DNA from: an uncultured delta proteobacterium
Lineage (GTDB): Bacteria; Desulfobacterota; Syntrophobacteria; BM002
Direction: 5' to 3'
DNA: 64,000 bases
NCBI GenBank assembly: GCA_963712115.1
Contig: CAVQGX010000027.1
Span: 91,111 to 155,110 of the forward strand
The position numbers and the translations under genes are program-made. The notes under the pieces are model-generated. The model was not told where the DNA came from and did not search any database. It saw only the letters and a program-made list of their open reading frames with translations. Of this stretch, positions 29,288 to 39,352 are shown piece after piece; position 1 is the first letter of the stretch, and every line of letters starts with the position of its first letter.

Positions 29288-29643
29288 CAAACCATCCTCC
29301 TATTACTCCCGTGTGGGTAACAAAGAACCAACATTGGACAAACTTATACAAATATTTGGAATTGTGTTGCTTTTTTGGGTAGATCTGAGCGATTCTGAAG
29401 ATATGCTAGGCAAGAAACATGCCTAGCCCGGATATTTGTCTGCGGGGAAAAATTACCATTTTTACTCTGGTGTGTTTTCATCATTAGCTCCACAGCGCGA
29501 CAAATGCAATTAAACCAACAACACAAAAGAGGCGAGTGGAAGTTGTCGGTAAATATGAGAGACTTTCCAGAAGAACTCCATGGCAAGGCCAAGATTCAAG
29601 CTGCAGAGGAAAGAATTACCTTGAATGGAGAGGGGTGAAAGAG

Positions 29644-29820
29644 ATGGAAAAGGACTACAAAGATCAAATGGCAGATCGGGCAGCGAAATTGATTGAGGAC
29701 TTCGACAGGCTCCAGGAGGAATGCAGGGATTTACTGAAGATTTGCCGGGAGAACCCGGAGGAATATGCTGAACTCGTGAGAAACCTCGAGTGGTTATGTG
29801 GGGAGTGGAAAACGCTTTAA
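29644..29820 (+). CDS. Small hypothetical helical protein
   Basis: MEKDYKDQMADRAAKL...; purine-rich upstream region. Confidence 0.55.
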   Translation: MEKDYKDQMADRAAKLIEDFDRLQEECRDLLKICRENPEEYAELVRNLEWLCGEWKTL

Positions 29821-30028
29821 AGCGGATCTCGGGCGTGCTATATACGCTAATCTTAGCAGCAGTGAGAACAGGGCTAAGGATTGACTAGTTCTTGAGTGGG
29901 CAGAGGTTAATTTTGAGGGCTCCATGGTTAAGCCAAAGGGAAAAACGGTTTACTTTTTATCTCTGATAGTGTAAATAGTCAAAGGCAAGGCAATAATCTG
30001 TAATTACTATGTTTTTGGGATAGATGAG

Positions 30029-31270
30029 GTGGCTAAGGAAGAAACAAGTATGCTAGCTTACGAGGAAAATCCGGGGAAAGTGGAACGGGCTGACCTGGTT
30101 GTCGGCTTATCCTCTCACAATAACGCAGGTAACATCGCCCTTCCAACGGAGCAAGCTGCCAGGGGTCTCATAGATCATTTTGGTGAGAAGAATTCCGTGA
30201 TTATCAACTGTGATAACCACTCAGAGGACGGAACCAAAGAAGCATTTCTGCAGACCGTTAGTGAGATTCCTAAAATATACTTATCAACACCTCCGGGAAT
30301 GGTCGGACGAGGCTATAACCTGAGAAATCTCACTGCCAAGGCAGTTGAGCTACAAGCGCAAGCGGTGATAGTGGTGGACGCAGGGGTAGAGAGTATTACC
30401 CCCATGTGGGTCAAGAACCTGGGTGAGCCCATTTTCGCCGGCTTCGGTTTTGTAGCCCCATTGTACGTGAGGCACAAGTACGATGATGCGGTGGCAAACG
30501 GTATAGTCTATCCACTGACGCGAGCTCTCTATGGTCGCCGGGTTCGGCAGCCCATCGGTGGCGATTTTGCCTTTGCTGCAGAGATAGCTGAGACTTATCT
30601 CAACCATCCGAGTTGGAATGATAGAGTGGCCCAATTCGGTGTTGATATCTGGATGACCACCCTGGCCATTTGCCAAGGTATCCCAATCTGTCAGGCTTTT
30701 GTAGGTAAACCGAGAGTTTTCCAGCATAACGCAAATGGTGTTTCCTCTGACCCGACTTTCTCACAAGTGGTGGGCACTGTGCTTGATCTCATGATCCATT
30801 TTCAGGATATCTGGGAAAGAGTGAAATGGAGCAAGCCCACAGCAATATACGGTTTTGGCATGGGTGAGGTGGAAACGCCCGCACCAATTGAAATCTCGCA
30901 GGATGAGCTTCACCAAGCTTTTGTTGAGGGCTTTACCCAGTATAAAGATTTATGGGAAACCTTTTTGCCAAACAACATTAATAACAAGCTGGGCGAAATC
31001 AAGGAGCTTCCTCAGGCGCATTTTAGCTTTCCTTCGGAAATCTGGGCTCGCCTACTTTACAGTTGCTCGGTCGCCTACAAGAATGAGGTGGTGGAACGGG
31101 AGGCTTTGCTGAAATCACTGCTGCCTCTCTTTGTCGGGAAGACGCTATCATTGATCAAAAAAACGGAAAGAATGTCCATCCAGCAAGCAGAGGAATACAT
31201 TGAAAACGAATGTATGATATTCGAGGAGGCCAAGCCTTATTTGCTCAGCCAGTGGCTAAACGCTCAATAA
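30029..31270 (+). CDS. GT2 glycosyltransferase, glucosylglycerate/mannosylglycerate synthase-like
   Basis: NCDNHSEDGT, VVDAG, APLYVRHKYD, RQPIGGDF, FGVDIWMTT. Confidence 0.8.
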   Translation: MAKEETSMLAYEENPGKVERADLVVGLSSHNNAGNIALPTEQAARGLIDHFGEKNSVIINCDNHSEDGTKEAFLQTVSEIPKIYLSTPPGMVGRGYNLRNLTAKAVELQAQAVIVVDAGVESITPMWVKNLGEPIFAGFGFVAPLYVRHKYDDAVANGIVYPLTRALYGRRVRQPIGGDFAFAAEIAETYLNHPSWNDRVAQFGVDIWMTTLAICQGIPICQAFVGKPRVFQHNANGVSSDPTFSQVVGTVLDLMIHFQDIWERVKWSKPTAIYGFGMGEVETPAPIEISQDELHQAFVEGFTQYKDLWETFLPNNINNKLGEIKELPQAHFSFPSEIWARLLYSCSVAYKNEVVEREALLKSLLPLFVGKTLSLIKKTERMSIQQAEEYIENECMIFEEAKPYLLSQWLNAQ

Positions 31271-31323
31271 GTCGATTGACTGCTCGATTCAGGAACCGCT
31301 CAAGCAGTTTGGAGGATTCAGTT

Positions 31324-31689
31324 ATGGCCAAGATATTAGTTGTTGACGATGAAGAGCACATCAGGTTGCTCTACTCCGAGGAGCTTAAAGAAGAGGGGTA
31401 CGAAGTTATAACGGCAGAAGGGGGGCATCAATTACTGGAACGGATTGAACAGGAAAAGCCTGATCTGGTTGTTCTAGATATAAAGATGGTAGACTACAAC
31501 GGTTTGGATTTATTACAGGATATCCGTAACAAGTTCTACGACTTGCCAGTTATACTCTCCACTGCTTACGACACCTTTAAAGAGGACATGAAATCCATTG
31601 CCGCGGATTTCTATGTGGTGAAATCTTTCGATCTTACTGAACTAAAAAAGAAGATTCAAATGGCTCTAGAGGCGAGCGGTGCCTCCTAG
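31324..31689 (+). CDS. Single-domain response regulator
   Basis: RBS GGAGGA; VVDDE, VLDIKM, STAY, VVKS. Confidence 0.92.
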   Translation: MAKILVVDDEEHIRLLYSEELKEEGYEVITAEGGHQLLERIEQEKPDLVVLDIKMVDYNGLDLLQDIRNKFYDLPVILSTAYDTFKEDMKSIAADFYVVKSFDLTELKKKIQMALEASGAS

Positions 31690-31717
31690 AGAACCATGGT
31701 TGCCTTTATTCCTTTCT

Positions 31718-32203
31718 TCATTCACTTAGGACAATTCCGGCAATTATTTCAGCACAATATTCAGCAAATTCTTCATCATTTTTTACAAGAAAATCTTCAC
31801 CGTTCTTGATCTCTACTTTAGCTAAGAGATTTTGTTCGGGCCCATAAATGTTAATATCGACACTTACGTATTGTTCCCATCGGCATACAGAGTCGATGCG
31901 AATGTAACCAGAACTAGAATTTGGCTTTCTTACTATATGAATTTGGTGTTTATTAACAAGATTACCAGCTATGGCGTCGAGTAATTGAACATCACACCTC
32001 AATAGTACAGACTTTCTCGATTTTATCTCACCTACTTCTTCACTATCCAAGGCCTTTTCGAATGTTTCCATTTCACCAGTCAAACAAAGATACCAGTTTT
32101 CAATCGTCTTTATCTTATTATGCTCGCGAGTAGAAATCTCGTGACTGGAACAACTGAGAACGAGTAAAGTAAAAAGTAGTCCAGTTAGACTGAAGTATTT
32201 CAT
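31718..32203 (-). CDS. Hypothetical lipoprotein
   Basis: Lipobox VLSC; AT-rich. Confidence 0.7.
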   Translation of the reverse strand: MKYFSLTGLLFTLLVLSCSSHEISTREHNKIKTIENWYLCLTGEMETFEKALDSEEVGEIKSRKSVLLRCDVQLLDAIAGNLVNKHQIHIVRKPNSSSGYIRIDSVCRWEQYVSVDINIYGPEQNLLAKVEIKNGEDFLVKNDEEFAEYCAEIIAGIVLSE

Positions 32204-32413
32204 CTCAAGAGTCCCATAAGCCTCACATTGTCAAAGAGTTTTCCATAAACTATAAGATGAGCAAAGATCGCTCAACTCGCTTTGCTCGCATGGCGTATCT
32301 AAGAAGACGGGATCAGGATTCAGTGATCGGAGGTCAACTCTAATGATCTCTAAATCCGAAATCCGCAATCCACAATCCGAAATATTCTAGCTCCATGCTC
32401 CATGCCTTCCTAT

Positions 32414-33493
32414 CTAATGCATAGCCTGGGAAAATATATACATGCTCGCAATGGTGAATAAGATATTGGGCATCCAGGCGGCTAGCACGGGTTGCAGGTT
32501 GCCGGTGTAACCAATAGACAGCATGAACTGAAACATAAGAAAATATATGAAGGCCAGGGCAACGCTAGCGGCAACTCCCACTGCGATCCCGCCCTTTTTC
32601 CCTTGATAGAGAGCAACGCCAATTCCCAAAAACGCCATAATTAAGGAGGTGAAGGGGAAAGCGATTCTCCCGTGGAAGTCCACCCGATAACGGGTAGAAT
32701 CATAACCCTCACTTTCTATTTCGGCAACATAACTGGCAAGTTCGGCAAGAGTCATCTCTTCAGAGGCCTTTTCAAGGTGTTGGAAGTCCTGGGGGCGCTC
32801 CTTTAGATCAAACCGTCGCCTCTGAAAATGCTCTGCGGTGAAATTGCCATCATCTGTCCGGCGGATGAAAATACCGTCCGAGAATATCCAGGAATGTCCA
32901 TCCCACTCTCCCCGCCTTGCGTCTAGCCTCTCGGTCAATCGAAAATTGCCATCGAGCATGTGTATGGTAACTCCCTCGAGTAGCCCACGTTTAGCGTGTA
33001 GGACACGAATATTGTAAATGACTTGCCCGCTCTTGTACCAGACTTTCTCCTGTGAAAAGCTAGTTGGTAATGGACGATTCATTACCTGAACATTCCAGAT
33101 GTAGTTTGCCCGGGTACTGGTTAGAGGAACCAAATATTCTGATAGAGCAAAGTCTAAAATGCTCGCCAGCAGGGCGAGAGTAACTATAGGTCCGACAACA
33201 AGAACAGGGCCGATTCCGCTGGCCTTCAAAACCATGAGCTCGTTGCTTCTAGCCATCAACCCCAGGGTAATAAGGGTACCCATCAAAACACCCATGGGGA
33301 TGCCTTGCTGAACGACGAGCGGGAGCTTCAACATAAAGAAATGCAATGCAAGGGATAGGGGGAGTTTAGCCTCCAGAAAATCATCTATGCGTTCAAAGAA
33401 GTCGATAACCAGGTATATGGCGATAAACGCTCCCAAACAAATTGCGATTATCTTGGCGAGTTCTAGGCTGATGTACCGGCTAATGACCCGCAT
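32414..33493 (-). CDS. lptG: LPS export permease LptG
   Basis: MRVISRYI, DFFERID, SNELMVLKASG, AAWMPN; six transmembrane segments. Confidence 0.88.
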   Translation of the reverse strand: MRVISRYISLELAKIIAICLGAFIAIYLVIDFFERIDDFLEAKLPLSLALHFFMLKLPLVVQQGIPMGVLMGTLITLGLMARSNELMVLKASGIGPVLVVGPIVTLALLASILDFALSEYLVPLTSTRANYIWNVQVMNRPLPTSFSQEKVWYKSGQVIYNIRVLHAKRGLLEGVTIHMLDGNFRLTERLDARRGEWDGHSWIFSDGIFIRRTDDGNFTAEHFQRRRFDLKERPQDFQHLEKASEEMTLAELASYVAEIESEGYDSTRYRVDFHGRIAFPFTSLIMAFLGIGVALYQGKKGGIAVGVAASVALAFIYFLMFQFMLSIGYTGNLQPVLAAWMPNILFTIASMYIFSQAMH

Positions 33494-33514
33494 TTTCTCT
33501 ATCCACCATAGAAA

Positions 33515-33690
33515 TAAATCCGAATTTCGAATCTCGAAATCCGAAACAATTGCAAAATCCAAATATCAAATGTCCAAAACTTTACGCATACCTATGAGCA
33601 GTTCTTCGATGCTTTCTTCCTATACACTAATCAACCAATCTAGTCATCCTGTTTTGGATTTCGTGCTTCGTGCTTAGGATTTCTAATTTC
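33515..33690. repeat. Heptamer-periodic palindromic element
   Basis: AATCCGA ATTTCGA ATCTCGA AATCCGA AAC ... GTTTTGG ATTTCGT GCTTCGT GCTTAGG ATTT. Confidence 0.7.
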
Positions 33691-33904
33691 CACTGCGACC
33701 TAATATATGGCCCGATGGCAGACAGGCAGCGAGAAAGTGTCTCACGAACCTTCTGAATGTGCGAGCAGGTTGTGGGTTTGTAAATGGAGATTTCTGGCTG
33801 CCAAAGGCGAAGTAAAATCGCTTGACAGTGTCGGAAAGCATGTGCTATTCGTAGGACGGTTTTATAACTAACTAAGATCTCAAATTAACTCGGAAATCGG
33901 AGCC

Positions 33905-35329
33905 ATGAGCCACAATTCAAACGATCGAGAGTCAAAGGACAAAGAAAAGCAAGAAACAACCGAAGAGGATCTTGATTTCCAGTTGGATGACTTTGACGAT
34001 GAGATCATCGACCTACTTGATCCTTTGGAGGGAGAAGGTGCGGAATCCGATGATTCGTCTGCCCATGACGAAATATTGGAAGAGGACAGGGATCTCTCCT
34101 TTGAAGATTTTGATGTGGAAATGGAACTAGGGGAGGATGAGACAAGCGAAGCAGCTGCAGCAAAAACAGACGAGGGAATAACAGAAGACGACCTTGTCAC
34201 CGACGAGGCTCTCGCCGAACTCTTTGCCTCCCACGAAAGCGAAGTTGCTAAGCTTTTAGAGGAGGCCACGGGTTCTCCTGTTGAAGATGAAGAAGCTCCT
34301 TCTGCTGAGCCGGTTCCTCTTTCAGAGGAAGAACTGCCCGAGGATCTTTTCGCTGATCTCGATATGGAGCCTGAGGTTGTGAGCGAGGAAGCGGATGCTC
34401 CTGAACCGGTTCCTGTCCCGGAGGAAGAACTGCCCGAGGATCTTTTCGCTGATCTCGATATGGAGCCTGAGGTTGTGAGCGAGGAAGCGGATGCTCCTGA
34501 ACCGGTTCCTGTCTCGGAGGAAGAACTGCCCGAGGATCTTTTCGCTGATCTAGAGATGGAGGCGGAGGTTGCGGGCGAGGAAGGGGATGCTTCTGAACCG
34601 GTTCCTGTCTCGGAGGAAGAACTGCCCGAGGATCTTTTCGCTGATCTAGAGATGGAGGCGGAGGTTGTGGGCGAGGAAGGGGATGCTTCTGAGCCGGTTC
34701 CTGTCTCGGAGGAAGAACTGCCCGAGGATCTTTTCGCTGATCTAGAGATGGAGCCTGAGGTTGTGAGCGAGGAAGGGGATGCTTTTGAGCCGGTTCCTGT
34801 CTCGGAGGAAGAACTGCCCGAGGATCTTTTCGCTGATCTAGATATGGAGCCTGAGGTTGTGAGCGAGGAAGCGGATGCTTCTGAGCCGGTTCCTGTCTCG
34901 GAGGAAGAACTGCCCGAGGATCTTTTCGCTGATCTAGATATGGAGCCTGAGGTTGTGAGCGAGGAAGCGGATGCTCCTGAGTTGGTTCCTGCTGCTGAAG
35001 AAGAAGTTTCAGACGAAGTCGTTACCGATTTTGCAGGGGAAATAGACAGTGTTATCGACGAGACAGTTGTGGCGGCATCGGCACTGGCCCTGGGGGAAGA
35101 GCCCGAGGACGAGGTTACCGGCTTCGAAGCGGAGCCAGAAGAGGTAAGCCAGATGGATATTCCCGAAGAAATTGCCCCGGCTGCAGCAGAGGAGTTGGCA
35201 GCGCTGGTTAGTATTCAGGTTGAAGAAGTGGTGACCCGTCTGGTGGAAGAGAAATTGCCTTCAATTGTTGAACGCTTAGTTGCTCAGGAGATCGAAAAGA
35301 TCAAGAGTTCTCTGGAACCAGGGGAGTGA
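33905..35329 (+). CDS. Highly acidic Pro/Glu/Asp-rich protein with tandem repeats and a PopZ/RomR-C-like C-terminal helix
   Basis: Seven 32-aa repeats; ends EEVVTRLVEEKLPSIVERLVAQEIEKIK; directly upstream of valS. Confidence 0.85.
   Translation: MSHNSNDRESKDKEKQETTEEDLDFQLDDFDDEIIDLLDPLEGEGAESDDSSAHDEILEEDRDLSFEDFDVEMELGEDETSEAAAAKTDEGITEDDLVTDEALAELFASHESEVAKLLEEATGSPVEDEEAPSAEPVPLSEEELPEDLFADLDMEPEVVSEEADAPEPVPVPEEELPEDLFADLDMEPEVVSEEADAPEPVPVSEEELPEDLFADLEMEAEVAGEEGDASEPVPVSEEELPEDLFADLEMEAEVVGEEGDASEPVPVSEEELPEDLFADLEMEPEVVSEEGDAFEPVPVSEEELPEDLFADLDMEPEVVSEEADASEPVPVSEEELPEDLFADLDMEPEVVSEEADAPELVPAAEEEVSDEVVTDFAGEIDSVIDETVVAASALALGEEPEDEVTGFEAEPEEVSQMDIPEEIAPAAAEELAALVSIQVEEVVTRLVEEKLPSIVERLVAQEIEKIKSSLEPGE
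34307..34990 (+). repeat. Intragenic tandem repeat, 7 x 96 bp plus a partial copy
   Basis: GAACTGCCCGAGGATCTTTTCGCTGATCT at 34331, 34427, 34523, 34619, 34715, 34811, 34907. Confidence 0.97.
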
Positions 35330-35424
35330 TTATATCCCGCGATTACTGGCGGGTTGCGAATGGGGGTTATTTGCATAATCCCCATTTTCTTTTGTCCCTT
35401 GCCCGTTGTCCGTGGTAAAAATAA

Positions 35425-35510
35425 TAATTCAGGGATTCAGGGATTATGGGATTGAAAAAAACGAAGCCTAATCTTTTAATTCCTTAATTCCCCAATTCCT
35501 CAATTTCTTT
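35425..35510. repeat. Palindromic element with 8-nt-periodic arms
   Basis: ATTCAGGG ATTCAGGG ATTATGGG ATTG ... AATTCCTT AATTCCCC AATTCCTC AATT. Confidence 0.7.
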
Positions 35511-35594
35511 ACTGCGTACTTCGGATTATGATTGCCAGGAAAGATAAACTTCCCAGTGACTAAGGAAAACGGACATTCCAAAGGGAATAAGATT

Positions 35595-38249
35595 ATGAAC
35601 AAAGGAATGCTACCCAAAGCATACGAGCCTGCAGAAGTGGAAGAAAAATGGTACCGCTTTTGGGAGGAACAGGGTCTGTTTCGGGCTGAGGAAACCAGTG
35701 GTGCCCCAGCCTATTCCATTGTGATCCCTCCACCCAATGTGACAGGTGATTTGCATATGGGTCATGCCCTCAATAACACACTCCAGGATATTCTCTGCCG
35801 ATACAGGCGGATGCATGGAGACAATGTCCTCTGGATGCCGGGAACCGACCACGCCGGCATCGCCACCCAAAATGTAGTGGAGCGCCAGCTGGCAGAAGAA
35901 GGTTTGGATAGGCACGAGTTGGGAAGAGAGAAGTTCATAGAAAGAGTATGGGAATGGCGTGAACTGTATGGAGGTAAAATAATCAACCAACTCAAAAGGC
36001 TGGGAGCCAGCTGTGATTGGAGTAGAGAGCGTTTCACCATGGACGAAGGCCTTTCGAAAGCCGTGCGTTTGGTTTTCGTCTCCCTCTACAATGAAGGTCT
36101 GATATATCGAGGCCAACGAATTATCAATTGGTGTCCTCGCTGCATAACCGCACTGGCCAACCTGGAAGTGGAGGCTGAAGAAAGGCCTGGCCAACTATAC
36201 CATATCCGCTACCCCTCTCCGGATGGGGGTGCTGGTTTGGTAGTGGTTACCACCCGTCCAGAGACCATGCTAGGTGATACCGGCGTGGCAGTGCACCCGG
36301 AAGATGAACGCTACCGGGAGTTTGTTGGAAAGACAGTAATACTGCCCTTGCTGAACCGGGAGTTGCCCGTAGTTGCTGACGAATATGTTGAGATGAATTT
36401 CGGCTCCGGCACCCTTAAGGTAACTCCAGCCCATGACCCGCACGATTTCGAAATCGGTCAAAGACACGGACTACCACCGCTCAAGGTGATGGATGATCAG
36501 GGTGTAATGAATGAGGAGGCCGGTCCCTATGTGGGCCTCGATCGCGATAACTGTCGTGAAAAGATAGTTGCGGACCTTAAAGAGCAGGGATTTCTGCTAA
36601 AAATAGAGGACTATCAACATCGGGTGGGACACTGTTATCGCTGTAAGACAATCATCGAGCCGACCCTGTCTGAGCAATGGTTTGTATCGGTGAAGCAAAT
36701 TGCCGAAGTTTCCATGGCAGCCGTGCGGGAAGGAAAAACCCGCATAATTCCTGAAATGTGGGAGAAGAACTACTTCGACTGGCTGGAGAACATCGAAGAC
36801 TGGTGCATATCAAGACAAATCTGGTGGGGACATCGTATTCCCGCCTGGTATTGTGAGGATTGCGACGAAGTCATTGTTGCCATGGAGGAGCCAGAAAAAT
36901 GCAGCCGTTGTAATAGTGGCAACCTGGTTCAAGAAAACGATGTGCTGGATACCTGGTTCAGTTCCGCCCTTTGGCCCTTTTCCACCATGGGGTGGCCGGA
37001 AAAGACACCAGAACTTGAAACCTTTTACCCCACCTCGGTGCTGGTGACCGGTTTTGACATACTCTTTTTCTGGGTGGCAAGGATGATGATGATGGGCTTG
37101 CATTTCATGAAAGACGTACCATTTCGTGACGTCTACATCCACGCCCTGGTGCGCGATGCCGAGGGTATGAAAATGAGCAAGTCCAAGGGGAATGTCATTG
37201 ATCCACTGGTGATTATGGACCGCTATGGCACGGACGCCTTTCGCTTTACCCTGGCCGCCTTTGCAGCGCAGGGAAGAGATGTACGTCTTTCAGAAGAAAG
37301 GATTGAGGGCTACAGGCATTTTGTCAATAAAATCTGGAATGCCAGCCGTTTTACCCTGATGAATGTAGAGGGAGCGGTGGCCTCAGGGGTGTTGCCCAAG
37401 CCGGAAAGGTTGGCGGACCGCTGGATGCTAAGTCGGCAGCAGGAAATCTTCCGCAAGGTTAGCGAGGCGCTGGAATCCTATCATTTCAATGAGGCTGCCA
37501 GTGTAATTTACCAGTTCACCTGGCACGAGTTCTGTGACTGGTACCTCGAGATGGTCAAGCCGGTTCTTTACGGCGCCAACGACAAGGAACGCGAGGAAAC
37601 CCAGCAATTTCTCCTTTATGGACTCTCTTCCGTTCTTCGGCTGCTTCATCCCTTTATGCCATATGTTACTGAGGAGCTATGGAAACACCTGCCCAACACT
37701 GAAGGCAGCATTATGGTGGCAGATTTTCCCAAGCCGGATGAGTCCCTGGTGGATCTTCAGGCCGCGGAGCAGATGGCAGTTGTAATGGATGTGACCACGG
37801 CCATCCGAAACATCCGGGGAGAGATGAATATAGCCCCGGCTGCTCAGGTAGATGCAGTGGTTTTTGGCCCAGATAATCTCACCAGTGTTGTGAAGGCCCA
37901 TGGTCATTACATTGAGGATCTTGCCAGGCTCTCAACCTTGGAGATGCACAGGGATGGTAAGCGGCCTAAAGTGGCGGCGTCCGCTGTGGTTGGAGAACTC
38001 GAGCTGTTTGTACCCCTTGAGGGTGTCCTTGACTTCAAGGAAGAGAGTCAGCGGTTGCAGAAGGAAATCAGTAAACTAGAGCCTGAATTGGCCAGATCCA
38101 AGAAGAAACTGGCCAACAAGGAATTCCTCAACCGGGCACCTGAAGATGTTGTGGCAAAGGAGCGCGACAAATTCGAACGGTTGGGTGACAAACTGAATAA
38201 GCTTCAAAGGCAGCTTGAAAGGCTCGCGAAGATCAGTAATGGGGGTTGA
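35595..38249 (+). CDS. valS: Valyl-tRNA synthetase
   Basis: PPPNVTGDLHMGH, DHAGIATQ, DWCISRQ, KMSKS, C-terminal coiled coil. Confidence 0.98.
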   Translation: MNKGMLPKAYEPAEVEEKWYRFWEEQGLFRAEETSGAPAYSIVIPPPNVTGDLHMGHALNNTLQDILCRYRRMHGDNVLWMPGTDHAGIATQNVVERQLAEEGLDRHELGREKFIERVWEWRELYGGKIINQLKRLGASCDWSRERFTMDEGLSKAVRLVFVSLYNEGLIYRGQRIINWCPRCITALANLEVEAEERPGQLYHIRYPSPDGGAGLVVVTTRPETMLGDTGVAVHPEDERYREFVGKTVILPLLNRELPVVADEYVEMNFGSGTLKVTPAHDPHDFEIGQRHGLPPLKVMDDQGVMNEEAGPYVGLDRDNCREKIVADLKEQGFLLKIEDYQHRVGHCYRCKTIIEPTLSEQWFVSVKQIAEVSMAAVREGKTRIIPEMWEKNYFDWLENIEDWCISRQIWWGHRIPAWYCEDCDEVIVAMEEPEKCSRCNSGNLVQENDVLDTWFSSALWPFSTMGWPEKTPELETFYPTSVLVTGFDILFFWVARMMMMGLHFMKDVPFRDVYIHALVRDAEGMKMSKSKGNVIDPLVIMDRYGTDAFRFTLAAFAAQGRDVRLSEERIEGYRHFVNKIWNASRFTLMNVEGAVASGVLPKPERLADRWMLSRQQEIFRKVSEALESYHFNEAASVIYQFTWHEFCDWYLEMVKPVLYGANDKEREETQQFLLYGLSSVLRLLHPFMPYVTEELWKHLPNTEGSIMVADFPKPDESLVDLQAAEQMAVVMDVTTAIRNIRGEMNIAPAAQVDAVVFGPDNLTSVVKAHGHYIEDLARLSTLEMHRDGKRPKVAASAVVGELELFVPLEGVLDFKEESQRLQKEISKLEPELARSKKKLANKEFLNRAPEDVVAKERDKFERLGDKLNKLQRQLERLAKISNGG

Positions 38250-38252
38250 AGC

Positions 38253-39089
38253 TTGCTATCTGCCGATTTGGAAATACTAATCCGTACAGCACTGGAGGAG
38301 GACATAGGAAGTGGCGATGTAACCACTTCTTGCACAGTGGAGCCAGGGGCTCAGGGAAAGGGGCGGATCGTAGCCAAAGAGCCGCTGGTACTTGCGGGTA
38401 TTGATCTGGCGAGAGAGGTATTTTGGGCTGTTGATAGCAAGTTGGAGGTTCATCTTCCCCTAAAAGACGGTAGCCGTGCTAGTGAGGGGGATACGCTTTT
38501 GGAGGTGGCAGGCGATCTGGCAGCCATGCTCATGGCGGAACGGACGGCCCTCAATTTTCTTCAGAGACTTTCCGGTATCGCCACACTCACCAGGGCTTTT
38601 GTGGACAAAATAGCCCAATCCCGAGCCCGCATTTTGGACACCCGCAAGACTACCCCCGGATACCGTTTGTTGGAAAAGGCTGCAGTGCGAGTCGGAGGTG
38701 GCTACAACCACCGCTTTGGACTCTACGATGGAGTGCTAATCAAAGACAATCATATTGCGGCAGCGGGGTCCATCCAAAAGGCAGTTCAGGCGGCTCTGGA
38801 TAGCAAAGCTCACACTTTGAGGGTGGAAGTGGAGGTGGAAACCCTGGATCAACTGGCCGAAGCAATTGCTGCAGGTGCTCATGTAGTAATGTTGGACAAC
38901 ATGGACCTGCAAACCATGGCTGAAGCAGTGCGGCGAACCAAAGGCAAGATCCCCCTTGAGGCTTCCGGTGGAGTTACCCTGGAAAATGTCGGAGAGATTG
39001 CTGCTACAGGGGTTGATTTGATATCAGTTGGAGCTTTAACCCACTCAGCCCGAGCGGTTGATATGAGTATGGAGATAGAGCCGACCTAG
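38253..39089 (+). CDS. nadC: Nicotinate-nucleotide pyrophosphorylase (carboxylating)
   Basis: EDIGSGDVT, ERTALN, DTRKTTPG, IKDNH, EASGG. Confidence 0.96.
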   Translation: MLSADLEILIRTALEEDIGSGDVTTSCTVEPGAQGKGRIVAKEPLVLAGIDLAREVFWAVDSKLEVHLPLKDGSRASEGDTLLEVAGDLAAMLMAERTALNFLQRLSGIATLTRAFVDKIAQSRARILDTRKTTPGYRLLEKAAVRVGGGYNHRFGLYDGVLIKDNHIAAAGSIQKAVQAALDSKAHTLRVEVEVETLDQLAEAIAAGAHVVMLDNMDLQTMAEAVRRTKGKIPLEASGGVTLENVGEIAATGVDLISVGALTHSARAVDMSMEIEPT

Positions 39090-39164
39090 TCGGCCGGCTG
39101 TCGGTGGTCGTCGTGAGTCCGTCGCCTAAGGAAGAAGCATAGACTGCACTGAACAACGCACTTC

Positions 39165-39325
39165 CATAATTCATTAGGTCATTTGGCCACTAAATGTGGC
39201 CATCAGTACGCTGCGCTGTCAATTCTATGGTCATTTGTTGTTACGACATAATGACGGCCGTAGGGCCTAATTGATTCGGATATCGCCAGCCCAAATGACG
39301 CCGGAGGCAAATGACCAAGGTTGAC
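39165..39325. repeat. Multi-hairpin repeat family C, copy 1 (partly reversed)
   Basis: GTCATTTGGCCACT..TGGCC and AAATGACGCCGGAGGC shared with 42466-42670 and 51560-51775. Confidence 0.7.
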
Positions 39326-39352
39326 CGGTCGATGGGTTTGGTACCTCTATTA

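Noticed and set aside
29010-29351. 113-aa minus-strand ORF
   Set aside because: No RBS or recognisable motif, and it crosses two terminator-like structures; the 29-aa ORF in another frame has better signals
34307-34990. Regular array resembling CRISPR
   Set aside because: Contiguous in-frame 96-bp units with no unique spacers and no cas genes
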